A stretch of DNA of 64,000 nucleotides from Candidatus Doudnabacteria bacterium RIFCSPHIGHO2_02_FULL_42_25 (GTDB taxonomy: Bacteria > Patescibacteriota > Doudnabacteria > UBA920 > O2-02-FULL-48-8): NCBI GenBank assembly GCA_001777665.1, contig MFEQ01000004.1, positions 10 to 64,009 on the forward strand. The letters are read 5' to 3'. The position numbers were made by a program, and so were the translations under genes. The notes beneath the pieces are model-generated. The model was given only the letters and a program-made list of their open reading frames with translations, searched no databases and was not told the origin of the DNA. Positions 28,318 through 37,665 of this stretch are shown piece by piece (the first letter of the stretch is position 1; the number at the start of each line of letters is the position of its first letter).

Positions 28318-29991
28318 TTAATTAATTATCGCTTTGATTCGGCGGACGCCAGCAGAAACGGCTTCTTCTTTCTGAATTTTTACCTCGCCTATCGCTCCTG
28401 TGTGTTCGACGTGGGGACCTCCACAAAACTCTCGAGAAACGACCGCATTCGACTGAGGGTCATATATAGTATATACCGAAACAGTCTCTGGGTACTTCTC
28501 ACCGAAAACCCCGATGGCTCCCAGATTTTGCGCCTGGTCAAAGGACATTTCTTCCCGTTTTACCCTTAAATCCCTTTTTACCCACTCATTAACAAGTTTT
28601 TCTACTTCGGATTTCTCTTCATCCGTCATCTTCTGTTTATGTGTGAAATCAAATCTAGTTCGCTCTTCAGTGATATTACTCCCTTTTTGCCAAACTTCTG
28701 ACCCGAGCACCTTTCTCAAAGCTGCGTTAAGTAGATGCGTGGCAGTGTGCAGTCTGACAACTTTTTCGGAATGATCGGCGAGACCGCCCTTGAACTGACC
28801 CGCAGACGCAGTCCTGGATAATTCTTGGTGCTTTTTAAATTCTTCTTCGAATTTTTCTCTTTTTAAACTTTGGGCTTTAGGACCAGCGACCTCTTTGATG
28901 ACTTCAAACGGCAAACCGAAACTTTCATAAAGTCTAAAAGCAGTTGCAGCATTTAAGTCCTCTGTTTTTTCTAGCTCTTTCAGTCCTAACTGCAGAGTTT
29001 TATAAAACTTGTCAGATTCATTGCGCCAAACTTGAATTATTGCCTTTTCTTCTAAGTTATAAATGCCCTTAAACTTTAGAACGAATTCGTCAATAATCAA
29101 ATACGGGGAAATATCAATATTTTTTTTATTATACAGTTCCTCCAGCGTAATTACTCGACGCATAAGTCTACGCAACACATAACCCTGTTCTTTATTAGAT
29201 GGAATCACGCCATCATCAATCAAAAAAGTGGCGGCACGGATATGGTCAAGAATAATCCGCTTATCTCTAGTTGAGATTTCAGGATTTAATTTTCCGATTG
29301 GACCATCAAACAAATCCGTCTCGTATACATTTTTTATTTTTTGAACAACAGTAAGCAGTCTTTCCAATCCCATTCCCGTATCAATGCCAACAAATTTTAG
29401 TGGTTGAAATTTTTTATTTTTAGTTTGAAAATATTGATTGAAAACAATATTCCAAATTTCTAAACCATTTACATAAATCTCGGTAGTCGGACCACAAGGC
29501 CCTTCGTCACCAGTGGGTCCCCAAAAATTATCTTGGCGACCTGATAGTTTGACTATAATATTTGAATCTATAGCTTTCCAAATTGATTCTGACTCGGTAT
29601 CAGCAGGAATCCCCTCTTCCCCTTTAAAGACAGAAACGTAATCGATGGTTAAATTTAATCCCTTAGTGATGAATTCGTGGGCATATTCGATCGCTTCTTT
29701 CTTACCATAACCACCGAATGAAAAATTTCCCAACATTTCGAAAAATGTTAGATGGGTGTCGTCTCCCACTTCGTCTATATCAGAAGTGCGGATACATTTC
29801 TGTACTGAAGTTACACTTTTTGCAGGTGCACTATCAGGATTTAAATAATATGGTTTAAACTGCTGCATGCCAGCAGTAGTAAACAGAACAGAGGGGTCAT
29901 TGACGGGAATTAGAGAAGCCGAGGGCACGATTTTATGCCCTTTGCTTTCAAAGAATTTGAGAAATTTATCCCTTATCTCGCTTGAATTCAT
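28318..29991 (-). CDS. alaS: Alanine--tRNA ligase, short form (catalytic + editing domains, no C-Ala domain)
   Basis: N-terminal FTTAGMQQFKPYYL; editing domain HTATHLL...CGGPHVEHTG. Confidence 0.85.
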   Translation of the reverse strand: MNSSEIRDKFLKFFESKGHKIVPSASLIPVNDPSVLFTTAGMQQFKPYYLNPDSAPAKSVTSVQKCIRTSDIDEVGDDTHLTFFEMLGNFSFGGYGKKEAIEYAHEFITKGLNLTIDYVSVFKGEEGIPADTESESIWKAIDSNIIVKLSGRQDNFWGPTGDEGPCGPTTEIYVNGLEIWNIVFNQYFQTKNKKFQPLKFVGIDTGMGLERLLTVVQKIKNVYETDLFDGPIGKLNPEISTRDKRIILDHIRAATFLIDDGVIPSNKEQGYVLRRLMRRVITLEELYNKKNIDISPYLIIDEFVLKFKGIYNLEEKAIIQVWRNESDKFYKTLQLGLKELEKTEDLNAATAFRLYESFGLPFEVIKEVAGPKAQSLKREKFEEEFKKHQELSRTASAGQFKGGLADHSEKVVRLHTATHLLNAALRKVLGSEVWQKGSNITEERTRFDFTHKQKMTDEEKSEVEKLVNEWVKRDLRVKREEMSFDQAQNLGAIGVFGEKYPETVSVYTIYDPQSNAVVSREFCGGPHVEHTGAIGEVKIQKEEAVSAGVRRIKAIIN

Positions 29992-31220
29992 TACTTTAGA
30001 AGTTCTAAGGCCTTGTCCATTTGTGGATCTTTGTCATTTTTGGCGTCATCAGCTGTCATTTCGACTATCACATCTGGTTCCAGCCCGAGCTTATCAATTC
30101 CTCGACCATTCGGAGTAAACCATTTGGCCACAGTAATTTTGATTTGAGATTCACCACGCAACTCTTGTAGTTCCTGGACTGATCCTTTACCGAAAGTTTT
30201 CTCGCCAACAATAGTGGCTGCACCATAATCCTGTAAGGCGCCAGCGACAATTTCTGAAGCTGAGGCCGAGCCGCCATTGACCAATACTATGGTTTTTATC
30301 CCTTTCAACCTTGGTACTCCTTTTGTTCTAAACAGCCTTTCGTCATCACCATATCCCATTTCCTTTACCGCGACTTTATCTGCATCCACCCAGTTAGAAA
30401 TAGTCGTGACAGCTGTGTCTAGATAACCCCCAGGATTATTCCGGAGATCCAGAACCATTCCGTCATACCCACCTGTTACTATCTTATCGATTGTTTGATC
30501 CAGCAATCCTTTCGTACCATCACCAAATTGATTCATTTTGACTACGGCAATTTTTTTACCATTCACGGTCTTGTCTTCCAACTTCACACTTTTAATTTCG
30601 ATCTTCGCTCTAGTGATTGTAATTTCCACGGGTTCACTTGTTTCTTTGTGAACGACTGTCAATGTCACTTGGGTGCCTGCCTTGCCACGAATTTTGCTCA
30701 CTGCAACATCTGTGGTCATACCGATGGTGCTTTCGCCATCGATTTCCAGAATCGTATCACCTGCTAGGATACCAGCGCGTTCGGCTGGAGTATCTTCCAG
30801 CGGGGCCACAACGACGATCTGTTCATTTTTCTTTCCGATTTCAGCCCCAATGCCATCGAATGACCCACGAAGCTGTTCACGAAACTTTTTGGCATCATCT
30901 GGACGAAGAAAAGCTGTATATGGATCGCCAGCAGCTCCGACCAATCCTGAAACCGCGCCATACATTAATTCGACCTGGTCCAATGGACGATCGACGTATT
31001 CATTATTTAATCGATCAAGCGCTTCCCAAAGTAATGAATAATCTGCAGAAGTTGCGGGCGCATTCCCTTTATTTATTTCAATCTTACCGTTTGTAACTGT
31101 AAGACCTGATTTACCTGAAAGAAATCCCAAAGAAAAAACTCCGACAACCAATAGCAGGATAAGAAAATATTTTGGGATCGGACTTTTCTTTGCTTCTGAC
31201 GTCAATTCTTGATTAAGCAT
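29991..31220 (-). CDS. ctpA: Carboxyl-terminal processing protease (S41)
   Basis: N-terminal TM, PDZ region, VNGGSASASEIVAGALQDYGAATIVGEKTFGKG. Confidence 0.8.
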   Translation of the reverse strand: MLNQELTSEAKKSPIPKYFLILLLVVGVFSLGFLSGKSGLTVTNGKIEINKGNAPATSADYSLLWEALDRLNNEYVDRPLDQVELMYGAVSGLVGAAGDPYTAFLRPDDAKKFREQLRGSFDGIGAEIGKKNEQIVVVAPLEDTPAERAGILAGDTILEIDGESTIGMTTDVAVSKIRGKAGTQVTLTVVHKETSEPVEITITRAKIEIKSVKLEDKTVNGKKIAVVKMNQFGDGTKGLLDQTIDKIVTGGYDGMVLDLRNNPGGYLDTAVTTISNWVDADKVAVKEMGYGDDERLFRTKGVPRLKGIKTIVLVNGGSASASEIVAGALQDYGAATIVGEKTFGKGSVQELQELRGESQIKITVAKWFTPNGRGIDKLGLEPDVIVEMTADDAKNDKDPQMDKALELLK

Positions 31221-31275
31221 GAATTAACTTTACCATAATCAGGAAAGGTCGTAAAATGATAAGCCCTGATAGGTG

Positions 31276-31304
31276 TTGACAAGCATTTATTGCAGCTTTA
31301 TAAT
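31276..31304 (+). promoter_or_regulatory. Consensus sigma-70-like promoter (TTGACA-17-TATAAT) facing a GC-rich non-coding island
   Basis: TTGACA 31276-31281, 17-bp spacer, TATAAT 31299-31304. Confidence 0.5.
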
Positions 31305-31890
31305 TTAGGCAAGAGCCGATGTTTGGCTCAAACACTCAAGAAACAAAGCACAATCTCAAGTTAGAGAGGAGGATTTACGGCCATAAACCGCAGACCTCGC
31401 TTTCGACGTCTCGCACGTAGGCGACCGTTTTTCCTGTTGATCTCTCCACCGACGCCACCCTACGGCGTCACGCTCCTCACCGCGCGTTCGAACGGAGGCA
31501 CGATGAGTACATCGGCACGTGGATCGCCCACACACCTGCGCAGAAAAGCGCGAGCACCCTAGTCATCTGACGATCGCTCGCGATCTCTCTTCCGGCTCGA
31601 TGCTCGACAGCCCTTTCTTTGATGGGTGTAACGCCTAACAACCTGCCGTCTGCAGTGGAATGCCCCCAATAGTGATGACCAACCCGCGTCGCCTCGGCGT
31701 ACGCAATACGCACCTTGTGCGTTGGTCTACAAACCCGTCGAGGGGCTGGACTCTGTCCCGCCCCTCACCTCTCCTCGTTCTAACGAACGCTTTTTTTATG
31801 CCTATTATTTATCGTACTTCTCGACTCCACTAATCGCTCTGCTCGAAGACTATTATTCTTCGACCAAGTGAATCGCGTGGAGAAGTCCTC

Positions 31891-32757
31891 TCAATGCACT
31901 GTCTTTTTTTTACGAAAAATATTTACAAGCAAAACCAAATACATTCGCAAATTGATGCCGAGATATACAAATACGTTGAATAGCGAATTGTACTTCGGAG
32001 CATAATGTTTTCTATAAAAAATCTTCATAGCTTGGTGGGCCATTTTGATGGTACGAAATGGAATCAGCTGTGACGATCCATACTTGTAGTGGACAATCTC
32101 TGCTTTTGGATAATACATAACTTTATAGCCAGCAGCTTTGGTTTGCCAGCACCAATCCAAATCCTCGCCGTACATAAAGTACTCTTCATCAAGTAATCCG
32201 ATCTTATCGACAACGGTTTTTCGAATCATCAAATACGCGCCCATCACGGCATCAACTTCGACTTCCTGATCAATCGGGGTATCGATGTTGTAGTCACTCA
32301 ATTTGGCCAACCCGAATAATCTCAAGAAAGAATTCCACGGATTAGGAAATTTTCTTCGACAGGCTTTATCCAAAGTTCCATCTGGCAACAATACCTTCGC
32401 ACCCATAATTCCAACATCTATATGATCATCCATGTACTTGATCGAGAGATCAATCGCATCTGGTCTTACTGCTGTATCAGAATTCAATAGCAATATGTAC
32501 TTCCCTATTGCTTGTTTAATCGCGACATTATTGCCTTGAGAAAAACCTAAATTCGCATTGTTTTGAATTAGTTTGACTTGGGAAAAATTCGTCTCGACCA
32601 TGGTAATGCTGCCATCAGTCGAACCATTATCCGAGACTATAACTTCCATCTGCCAACTGCCAACTGAATTTAAAACCGACCCCAAACATTTTCGGAGCAG
32701 TTCTTTCGTATTGTAATTAACTATTATAATTGATAAATCCATATTATTGATTTGCAA
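31891..32757 (-). CDS. Glycosyltransferase family 2
   Basis: LSIIIVNYNTKELL, DNGSTDGS, downstream D.D GT-A motifs. Confidence 0.75.
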   Translation of the reverse strand: MQINNMDLSIIIVNYNTKELLRKCLGSVLNSVGSWQMEVIVSDNGSTDGSITMVETNFSQVKLIQNNANLGFSQGNNVAIKQAIGKYILLLNSDTAVRPDAIDLSIKYMDDHIDVGIMGAKVLLPDGTLDKACRRKFPNPWNSFLRLFGLAKLSDYNIDTPIDQEVEVDAVMGAYLMIRKTVVDKIGLLDEEYFMYGEDLDWCWQTKAAGYKVMYYPKAEIVHYKYGSSQLIPFRTIKMAHQAMKIFYRKHYAPKYNSLFNVFVYLGINLRMYLVLLVNIFRKKKTVH

Positions 32758-33694
32758 ACTTTCTTTTTTTCCAGATACTAGGCAACTGGCGAAATAGTTC
32801 TGGAATAACTTTTAAAGTACTTGTTTCAAATATTATAATATAACCCAACATCGCAAGTTCACGCAAAATAAAAGCCGGGTGCCAGACATGCTTCGCGTTT
32901 TTGATATACATCAAAATATGATTTTTGTAATTCCATCGTAAAATTTGTGGAGATAATTTTTTATGATGTTTGATAAAACCAAGAAGGTTTTTGTATCCGC
33001 CTTTGCTCTGGCCCGCCGATCGACCGTGATAAGCAATCGCCGTCGGTATATATTTAGAAATAAAACCCGCATTTTGTAATCTCCAAGACAAATCCGCATC
33101 ATCCCAGTACATCACGAAATCTTCATCCAAATATTCATCTTGGTATTTTACTTTATCTAAGGCTGATTTTCGGTGCATGGGGCCAGCACCTGAAACTCCA
33201 AATATTTCTCGTGAGGCTTCAGACTGACCTCGGTCAATTTCCAGTTGAGCGATATCCCTCACTCTTCCCGACCTATCTAAAACCAGTCCTAAAGTATCAA
33301 TAACTTTTGTTTTTGCGTGATTAGCAAAATCATATCTTAGGATTTTCCCAGTTGCAGAAGCGACTTTTGGATCACTGAATGCTTTTAAAATCTCTTCGAT
33401 ATAGTTCGGCTCCAGAATCAGGTCATCATTTACTAATTGAATAAACTCCCCAATCGAATTATTGATGCCCAAATTAACTCCTTTAGCAAAAAACAGATTC
33501 TGACCAGGTTCCAGAATTTTCACTTGCGGATAATTTGCTTGGATTATTTCTCTCGAACCATCGTTCGAATCATTTAGCACAGCGATCACTTCCAAATCTT
33601 TGTGCGTTTGCGCAAAAATCGCATCAAATACAGGCTTGATGATCTGCGTTCTTCGAAATGGCAATATTATCACACTAACTTTCATTTGCACCAC
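32744..33694 (-). CDS. Glycosyltransferase family 2
   Basis: VSVIILPFRRTQIIKPVFDAI... GT-A fold. Confidence 0.75.
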   Translation of the reverse strand: MVQMKVSVIILPFRRTQIIKPVFDAIFAQTHKDLEVIAVLNDSNDGSREIIQANYPQVKILEPGQNLFFAKGVNLGINNSIGEFIQLVNDDLILEPNYIEEILKAFSDPKVASATGKILRYDFANHAKTKVIDTLGLVLDRSGRVRDIAQLEIDRGQSEASREIFGVSGAGPMHRKSALDKVKYQDEYLDEDFVMYWDDADLSWRLQNAGFISKYIPTAIAYHGRSAGQSKGGYKNLLGFIKHHKKLSPQILRWNYKNHILMYIKNAKHVWHPAFILRELAMLGYIIIFETSTLKVIPELFRQLPSIWKKRKFANQ

Positions 33695-34976
33695 CCCGGA
33701 CTGAGATCCTAGGGGTCCATACTAATATTAAATAAATCAAAAGTAATAACGCAAGGTCTAGATACATTTCAGCGCGGACTGTGAATGACAAATATACGGT
33801 CATAACTATAAAGAACATGGTGTAAGCATAAAGATTGGTACTCAAAAAATTGGGTCTGGTTTCCCAGTACTTCCAAGCCCAAGTTAAGATACCGGCGATG
33901 ATAAACGGGATGAAATAAAACGCAACTGTCCCGAAATCTTGAACAAAAGGAAATAAGTAAGTGCCTGTGTTCCACCAAGGATGAAAAATCGCGCCTAAAT
34001 CATAGTTGGATTTAAATTGATTGAGTGGTTTGATAACTTTTCCAAAAATATTTGTAAACGGATCTAAGAAAACCCTACCCTTCTGGACTTCATGATCTTG
34101 GTAATAATTTTCAGCGTGGAGCAATGCTTGCTGGTTGAACGAAACCCCGACATAAATCGGAACCAAGGCTTTTTGGACGACATTATAATTACTGGTATCT
34201 ATTCCGGTAATGCTGCCTAGATAGTCGGCGCCATAACTTTTATAATTCCGATAGAGTGGGACAGCAGCTAATACCAAAACCGAAACAAGTAAAAAAACTG
34301 GGTAAAATTTTAATGCCTGCTTGAGGTTTGGCTTCCGCATCAAAAGATAAAGTGCCATAATCCACAAATCGATAAAGAAAATTTGAGTTCTGGAAGCAAA
34401 CAATATCAAGAACCAAACCCCAATGACACAAATCCCAATCAAATCCCAATGTTTCTTCCAGGAAAACTTTTCTGCAAAAAATACAAAAAAAGATAATGGG
34501 ATAAAAATTCGAGCGAGTTGTGATAAATAATTAATCAGTCCTGGTACTGATTCATCAGCCGTAAATCGAAACGCATCGGGATCAGGGGCTAGAAGCGGAA
34601 AATTTCCTGCATTTTGGTAAAAAAGGTAAAGAGCTAAAAGTGAAATAGCGAAAAGAATATAAATTACCCAGCGTAGCTTACTCGAACCCATCCCAGCGGA
34701 AGCTGGGATCCTAGAAGTGGACCCCGGATCAAGTCCGGGGTGGTTAAAAACAAAAAATCCTAAACAAAAGCTTATGAGTGAAATAAGTAGCAATCCCCAA
34801 TATTTCCCTGACCATGGCAACTCTAAAGTTGATAAATTAAGCTGTGAAATAGCAATTGCTATAAACCACACTGAAAGCATTAACCACAACGGGCTTAATT
34901 TATATTTACCTCGCAAAAACAACCAAAACGATCCAGCAGATAAAAACGTAAATAAAATTATTAAAAATAGTTGCAT
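33675..34976 (-). CDS. Polytopic membrane protein, O-antigen/oligosaccharide repeat-unit polymerase (Wzy)-like
   Basis: 433 aa, ~10 TM segments in a glycan gene cluster; carries a 57-nt in-frame double-hairpin insertion (34690-34746). Confidence 0.5.
   Translation of the reverse strand: MQLFLIILFTFLSAGSFWLFLRGKYKLSPLWLMLSVWFIAIAISQLNLSTLELPWSGKYWGLLLISLISFCLGFFVFNHPGLDPGSTSRIPASAGMGSSKLRWVIYILFAISLLALYLFYQNAGNFPLLAPDPDAFRFTADESVPGLINYLSQLARIFIPLSFFVFFAEKFSWKKHWDLIGICVIGVWFLILFASRTQIFFIDLWIMALYLLMRKPNLKQALKFYPVFLLVSVLVLAAVPLYRNYKSYGADYLGSITGIDTSNYNVVQKALVPIYVGVSFNQQALLHAENYYQDHEVQKGRVFLDPFTNIFGKVIKPLNQFKSNYDLGAIFHPWWNTGTYLFPFVQDFGTVAFYFIPFIIAGILTWAWKYWETRPNFLSTNLYAYTMFFIVMTVYLSFTVRAEMYLDLALLLLIYLILVWTPRISVRGGANES
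34690..34746. repeat. Two tandem hairpins (ATCCCAGC-GGAA-GCTGGGAT and CCCCGGA-TCAAG-TCCGGGG) inserted in-frame in Wzy-like gene
   Basis: 57 nt = 19 codons; degenerate relative at 33697-33728 forms the gene's 3' end. Confidence 0.5.
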
Positions 34977-36082
34977 TATTTCAAACTCTCTATCACTTCT
35001 AGCGTTTGTTTGGCGGCATTTTCCCAGGTAAACAGCTTGGCTCTCTCCAGTCCTTTGGCAATCATTTGTTTACGCAAATCTGAATCGATGATCACCTTCA
35101 ACAATCCGCCTGCAATTGAATTCACTGAAGTCGGATCCACGAGCACTCCTGCATCCCCCACCACTTCTGGTAATGATGAAATATTTGAAACTACAGTCGG
35201 AACTCCAGAAGCCATGGCTTCCAAAGGTGGAATCCCAAAACCTTCATAGGTGGCTGGTAGAGTCAATAATTTCGCCCCTGCGATTAGGTATGGCAAATCT
35301 TCTTTGGGTATGTAGTCCAAATATTTTACCGATCCATCTATACTAGCCGTTTTAACTACTTTTAAAATTGGTTCCCATAACCAACCACGGCCTCCGGCAA
35401 TAATTAGTTTTTCTTCAATTCGATTTTCTTTTCTTACTTTTTGGAATGCTTCTACAAGTTTGGGAATATTTTTGCGAGGCTGAATAGTGCCCAAAAACAA
35501 AATGTATTTTTGATAAACAAGATTGTATTTATCTAAAACAGGTTGACACTCTTCGTAACTCATCGGTTTGAAGCCTTCGGCAGAACCTAAAAGCGTAACC
35601 GTAATTTTCTTAGGATCGGTATTATAAACCCTGACCAAATCTTTTTTAGTAGCCTCTGAAACCGTGATCAATCTCGAAGCAAATCTCGACGCATACCTCG
35701 AACTAAATTTCTGAAAGTATTTCATATACCCTGTGTATATGCCATCGAACAGCTCATATGCGATGTCGTGAATAGTAACCACTGTTTTCCGAGGATGGAT
35801 CAATGGTAGTGTTGCGGCTAAAATAACCAAAACTTCCACAGGTTTTATCAGCATCTCCCATGAGATTCTGATTTGAGTCCAAAATTTCGGAAACGGAATA
35901 ACTTTAATCGAGAAATTTTTCGGTAGCTGATAGAACCAGTCCTGGGGTTTGGTTCTAAAATATAAAATATATTCGTTGGTATGATCGAGTTTGGCCAAAT
36001 TTCTGATTATTTCCGCGGCGTACCTCTCGGGTCCAGCTGGGTTTGGCATATTTGCTCGTTCGGCTTCAATCCCGATTTTCAT
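34976..36082 (-). CDS. Glycosyltransferase family 1 (GT4)
   Basis: EGFGIPPLEAMASGVPTVVSNISSLPEVVGDAG. Confidence 0.75.
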   Translation of the reverse strand: MKIGIEAERANMPNPAGPERYAAEIIRNLAKLDHTNEYILYFRTKPQDWFYQLPKNFSIKVIPFPKFWTQIRISWEMLIKPVEVLVILAATLPLIHPRKTVVTIHDIAYELFDGIYTGYMKYFQKFSSRYASRFASRLITVSEATKKDLVRVYNTDPKKITVTLLGSAEGFKPMSYEECQPVLDKYNLVYQKYILFLGTIQPRKNIPKLVEAFQKVRKENRIEEKLIIAGGRGWLWEPILKVVKTASIDGSVKYLDYIPKEDLPYLIAGAKLLTLPATYEGFGIPPLEAMASGVPTVVSNISSLPEVVGDAGVLVDPTSVNSIAGGLLKVIIDSDLRKQMIAKGLERAKLFTWENAAKQTLEVIESLK

Positions 36083-37515
36083 GGAATTTCAACTTTCTTT
36101 CGGAAATTAAATGTCGTTTTGATTAGATCAATATCTTCTTTCGTGAAAAATCGCATCAGGAGTAATCCTGCTAGGTAGATAACTCCGCCGGCAGGTAAAA
36201 GCAGATAAATACTTCTGTCCTTGAAATAATAAATCGCTACGCCCATGATCAATCCTGCTATAAATGGTTTCAAGAAATTTTCAAAATATTTAAAGTTTAA
36301 TATTTTGGTTCTAACTATATATGTATATCCGGTTAACTGGATTAATTCACTAAAAAGCGTGATCACTGCTGCCATGACAAATCCGAATTTCGGTACCAAT
36401 AAAATATTCATGATTAAATTAAAAGCCAAAGTAATCCCTGTGATTTTTGTCGCGGTTTTAGTTCGTTGGGAAATCATAATACTATTTACTGGTGCATAAA
36501 CCATCAGCACTGAAACCGCAGCAACTAAAAGCCAAAGCGCTGGAGCTGCTGGAGCGAATTCCGTGGTTCTTAAAAGAGTTTCTAACAATCTCTCTGCAAG
36601 CAAAGCAGCCCCTACGGTGAGTGCGACCCCTAACGCGATCATAAATTTGGTATATGTCTGGACTACTCTCCGAGCTTCAGTCAATTCGCCCATAAATAAT
36701 CTACTGGCAAAATATGGATACAGGACTGCTCCCACAGCGCCAGGAATAAATGCCAGCAAATCCCAGAACTTGTACGCAACAGTATAGAATCCAGTTTCGG
36801 TAAAATCACGCAAATGCGGTAATAGTAGCGTATCGACTCTGTTATAAATACTAAACAAAGTTAGAGGGATGAAAGGCAGATTCCAAATAAACAATTGACG
36901 CCAAAAATCATAATCAAATTTAAACTTTAAATGGGCAAATCTTTTCCGGACGATGTAACTATATACTGCTATATCAAATAATGAGACTATGACTGGAATA
37001 AATGCCAGAAATAAAATATTGCGATGCAGGACAATGGTCAGTAAAATCATACTGGCATTGATCATGGTATTCAAAAAATTGATCGATGCAATGACTTTGA
37101 ATCTCTCAAATGCATTCAGCACTGACATGAATGGCATAGTCATCGAGGACAAAAACAAACCTACTGTAGTGACCAGCAAAGCCTTGGTTACGATCGGAGG
37201 GTAATCCGCAGCCAAAACTATCACTGCCATAATTGCAGCGAATGCTAATCCGAGTAAAAATTGAATGCCGAAGTAGTTACTTAAATATTTACTAGCTTCG
37301 TTTTTATTTTCGCTGATTTTTTTTATGACTAATTGTTGCATACCCAAGTCAACGAAGTATGCGAACACGATCAAATAGGACGCCTGCAGTCCATACTTTC
37401 CCATCGCATCCGCGCCAAGGTATTCAGGCAATCTAAAATATATTAAAAGAAGGATGATCGCGGAGAGCACCCTCGAGGTAATCAAACTCAAAATATTGCG
37501 TCCAATATGCAGCAT
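36079..37515 (-). CDS. Polysaccharide flippase (Wzx-like, MOP superfamily)
   Basis: 478 aa, ~12-14 TM helices, adjacent to GT and Wzy-like genes. Confidence 0.65.
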   Translation of the reverse strand: MLHIGRNILSLITSRVLSAIILLLIYFRLPEYLGADAMGKYGLQASYLIVFAYFVDLGMQQLVIKKISENKNEASKYLSNYFGIQFLLGLAFAAIMAVIVLAADYPPIVTKALLVTTVGLFLSSMTMPFMSVLNAFERFKVIASINFLNTMINASMILLTIVLHRNILFLAFIPVIVSLFDIAVYSYIVRKRFAHLKFKFDYDFWRQLFIWNLPFIPLTLFSIYNRVDTLLLPHLRDFTETGFYTVAYKFWDLLAFIPGAVGAVLYPYFASRLFMGELTEARRVVQTYTKFMIALGVALTVGAALLAERLLETLLRTTEFAPAAPALWLLVAAVSVLMVYAPVNSIMISQRTKTATKITGITLAFNLIMNILLVPKFGFVMAAVITLFSELIQLTGYTYIVRTKILNFKYFENFLKPFIAGLIMGVAIYYFKDRSIYLLLPAGGVIYLAGLLLMRFFTKEDIDLIKTTFNFRKKVEIP

Positions 37516-37531
37516 TTGCTATTATTATAAC

Positions 37532-37654
37532 ATGGACTGGGGTTTTATACTTAAAACAGGAGCGATTGTATTTATCGGCATATTGCTGGTAGTTTGGGAT
37601 ATCTATTTATATCATAATCCCAGAAAAAATAAAGACTCCGACGCCTCCCACTGA
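37532..37654 (+). CDS. Putative 40-aa single-TM peptide
   Basis: MDWGFILKTGAIVFIGILLVVWDIYLYHNPRKNKDSDASH; lone plus-strand ORF with terminator hairpin overlapping its stop. Confidence 0.25.
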   Translation: MDWGFILKTGAIVFIGILLVVWDIYLYHNPRKNKDSDASH

Positions 37655-37665
37655 GGCGTTTTTTA
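37642..37665. terminator. Hairpin CGCCTC-CCACT-GAGGCG + T-run (likely bidirectional terminator)
   Basis: Seen directly; sits between guaA stop and the small plus ORF. Confidence 0.5.

Noticed and set aside
31477-31713. 78-aa minus-strand ORF in the GC-rich island
   Set aside because: GTG start without SD, no recognisable motifs, embedded in DNA that looks non-coding or decayed; likely spurious.
31305-31880. tmRNA / SRP RNA identity for the GC-rich non-coding island
   Set aside because: No GGGGCUG...ACGAA 5' end paired with a T-arm + CCA 3' end on either strand, and no SRP domain IV motif (AGGUCC..GAAGCAGCC). Left as unassigned candidate ncRNA/pseudogene.
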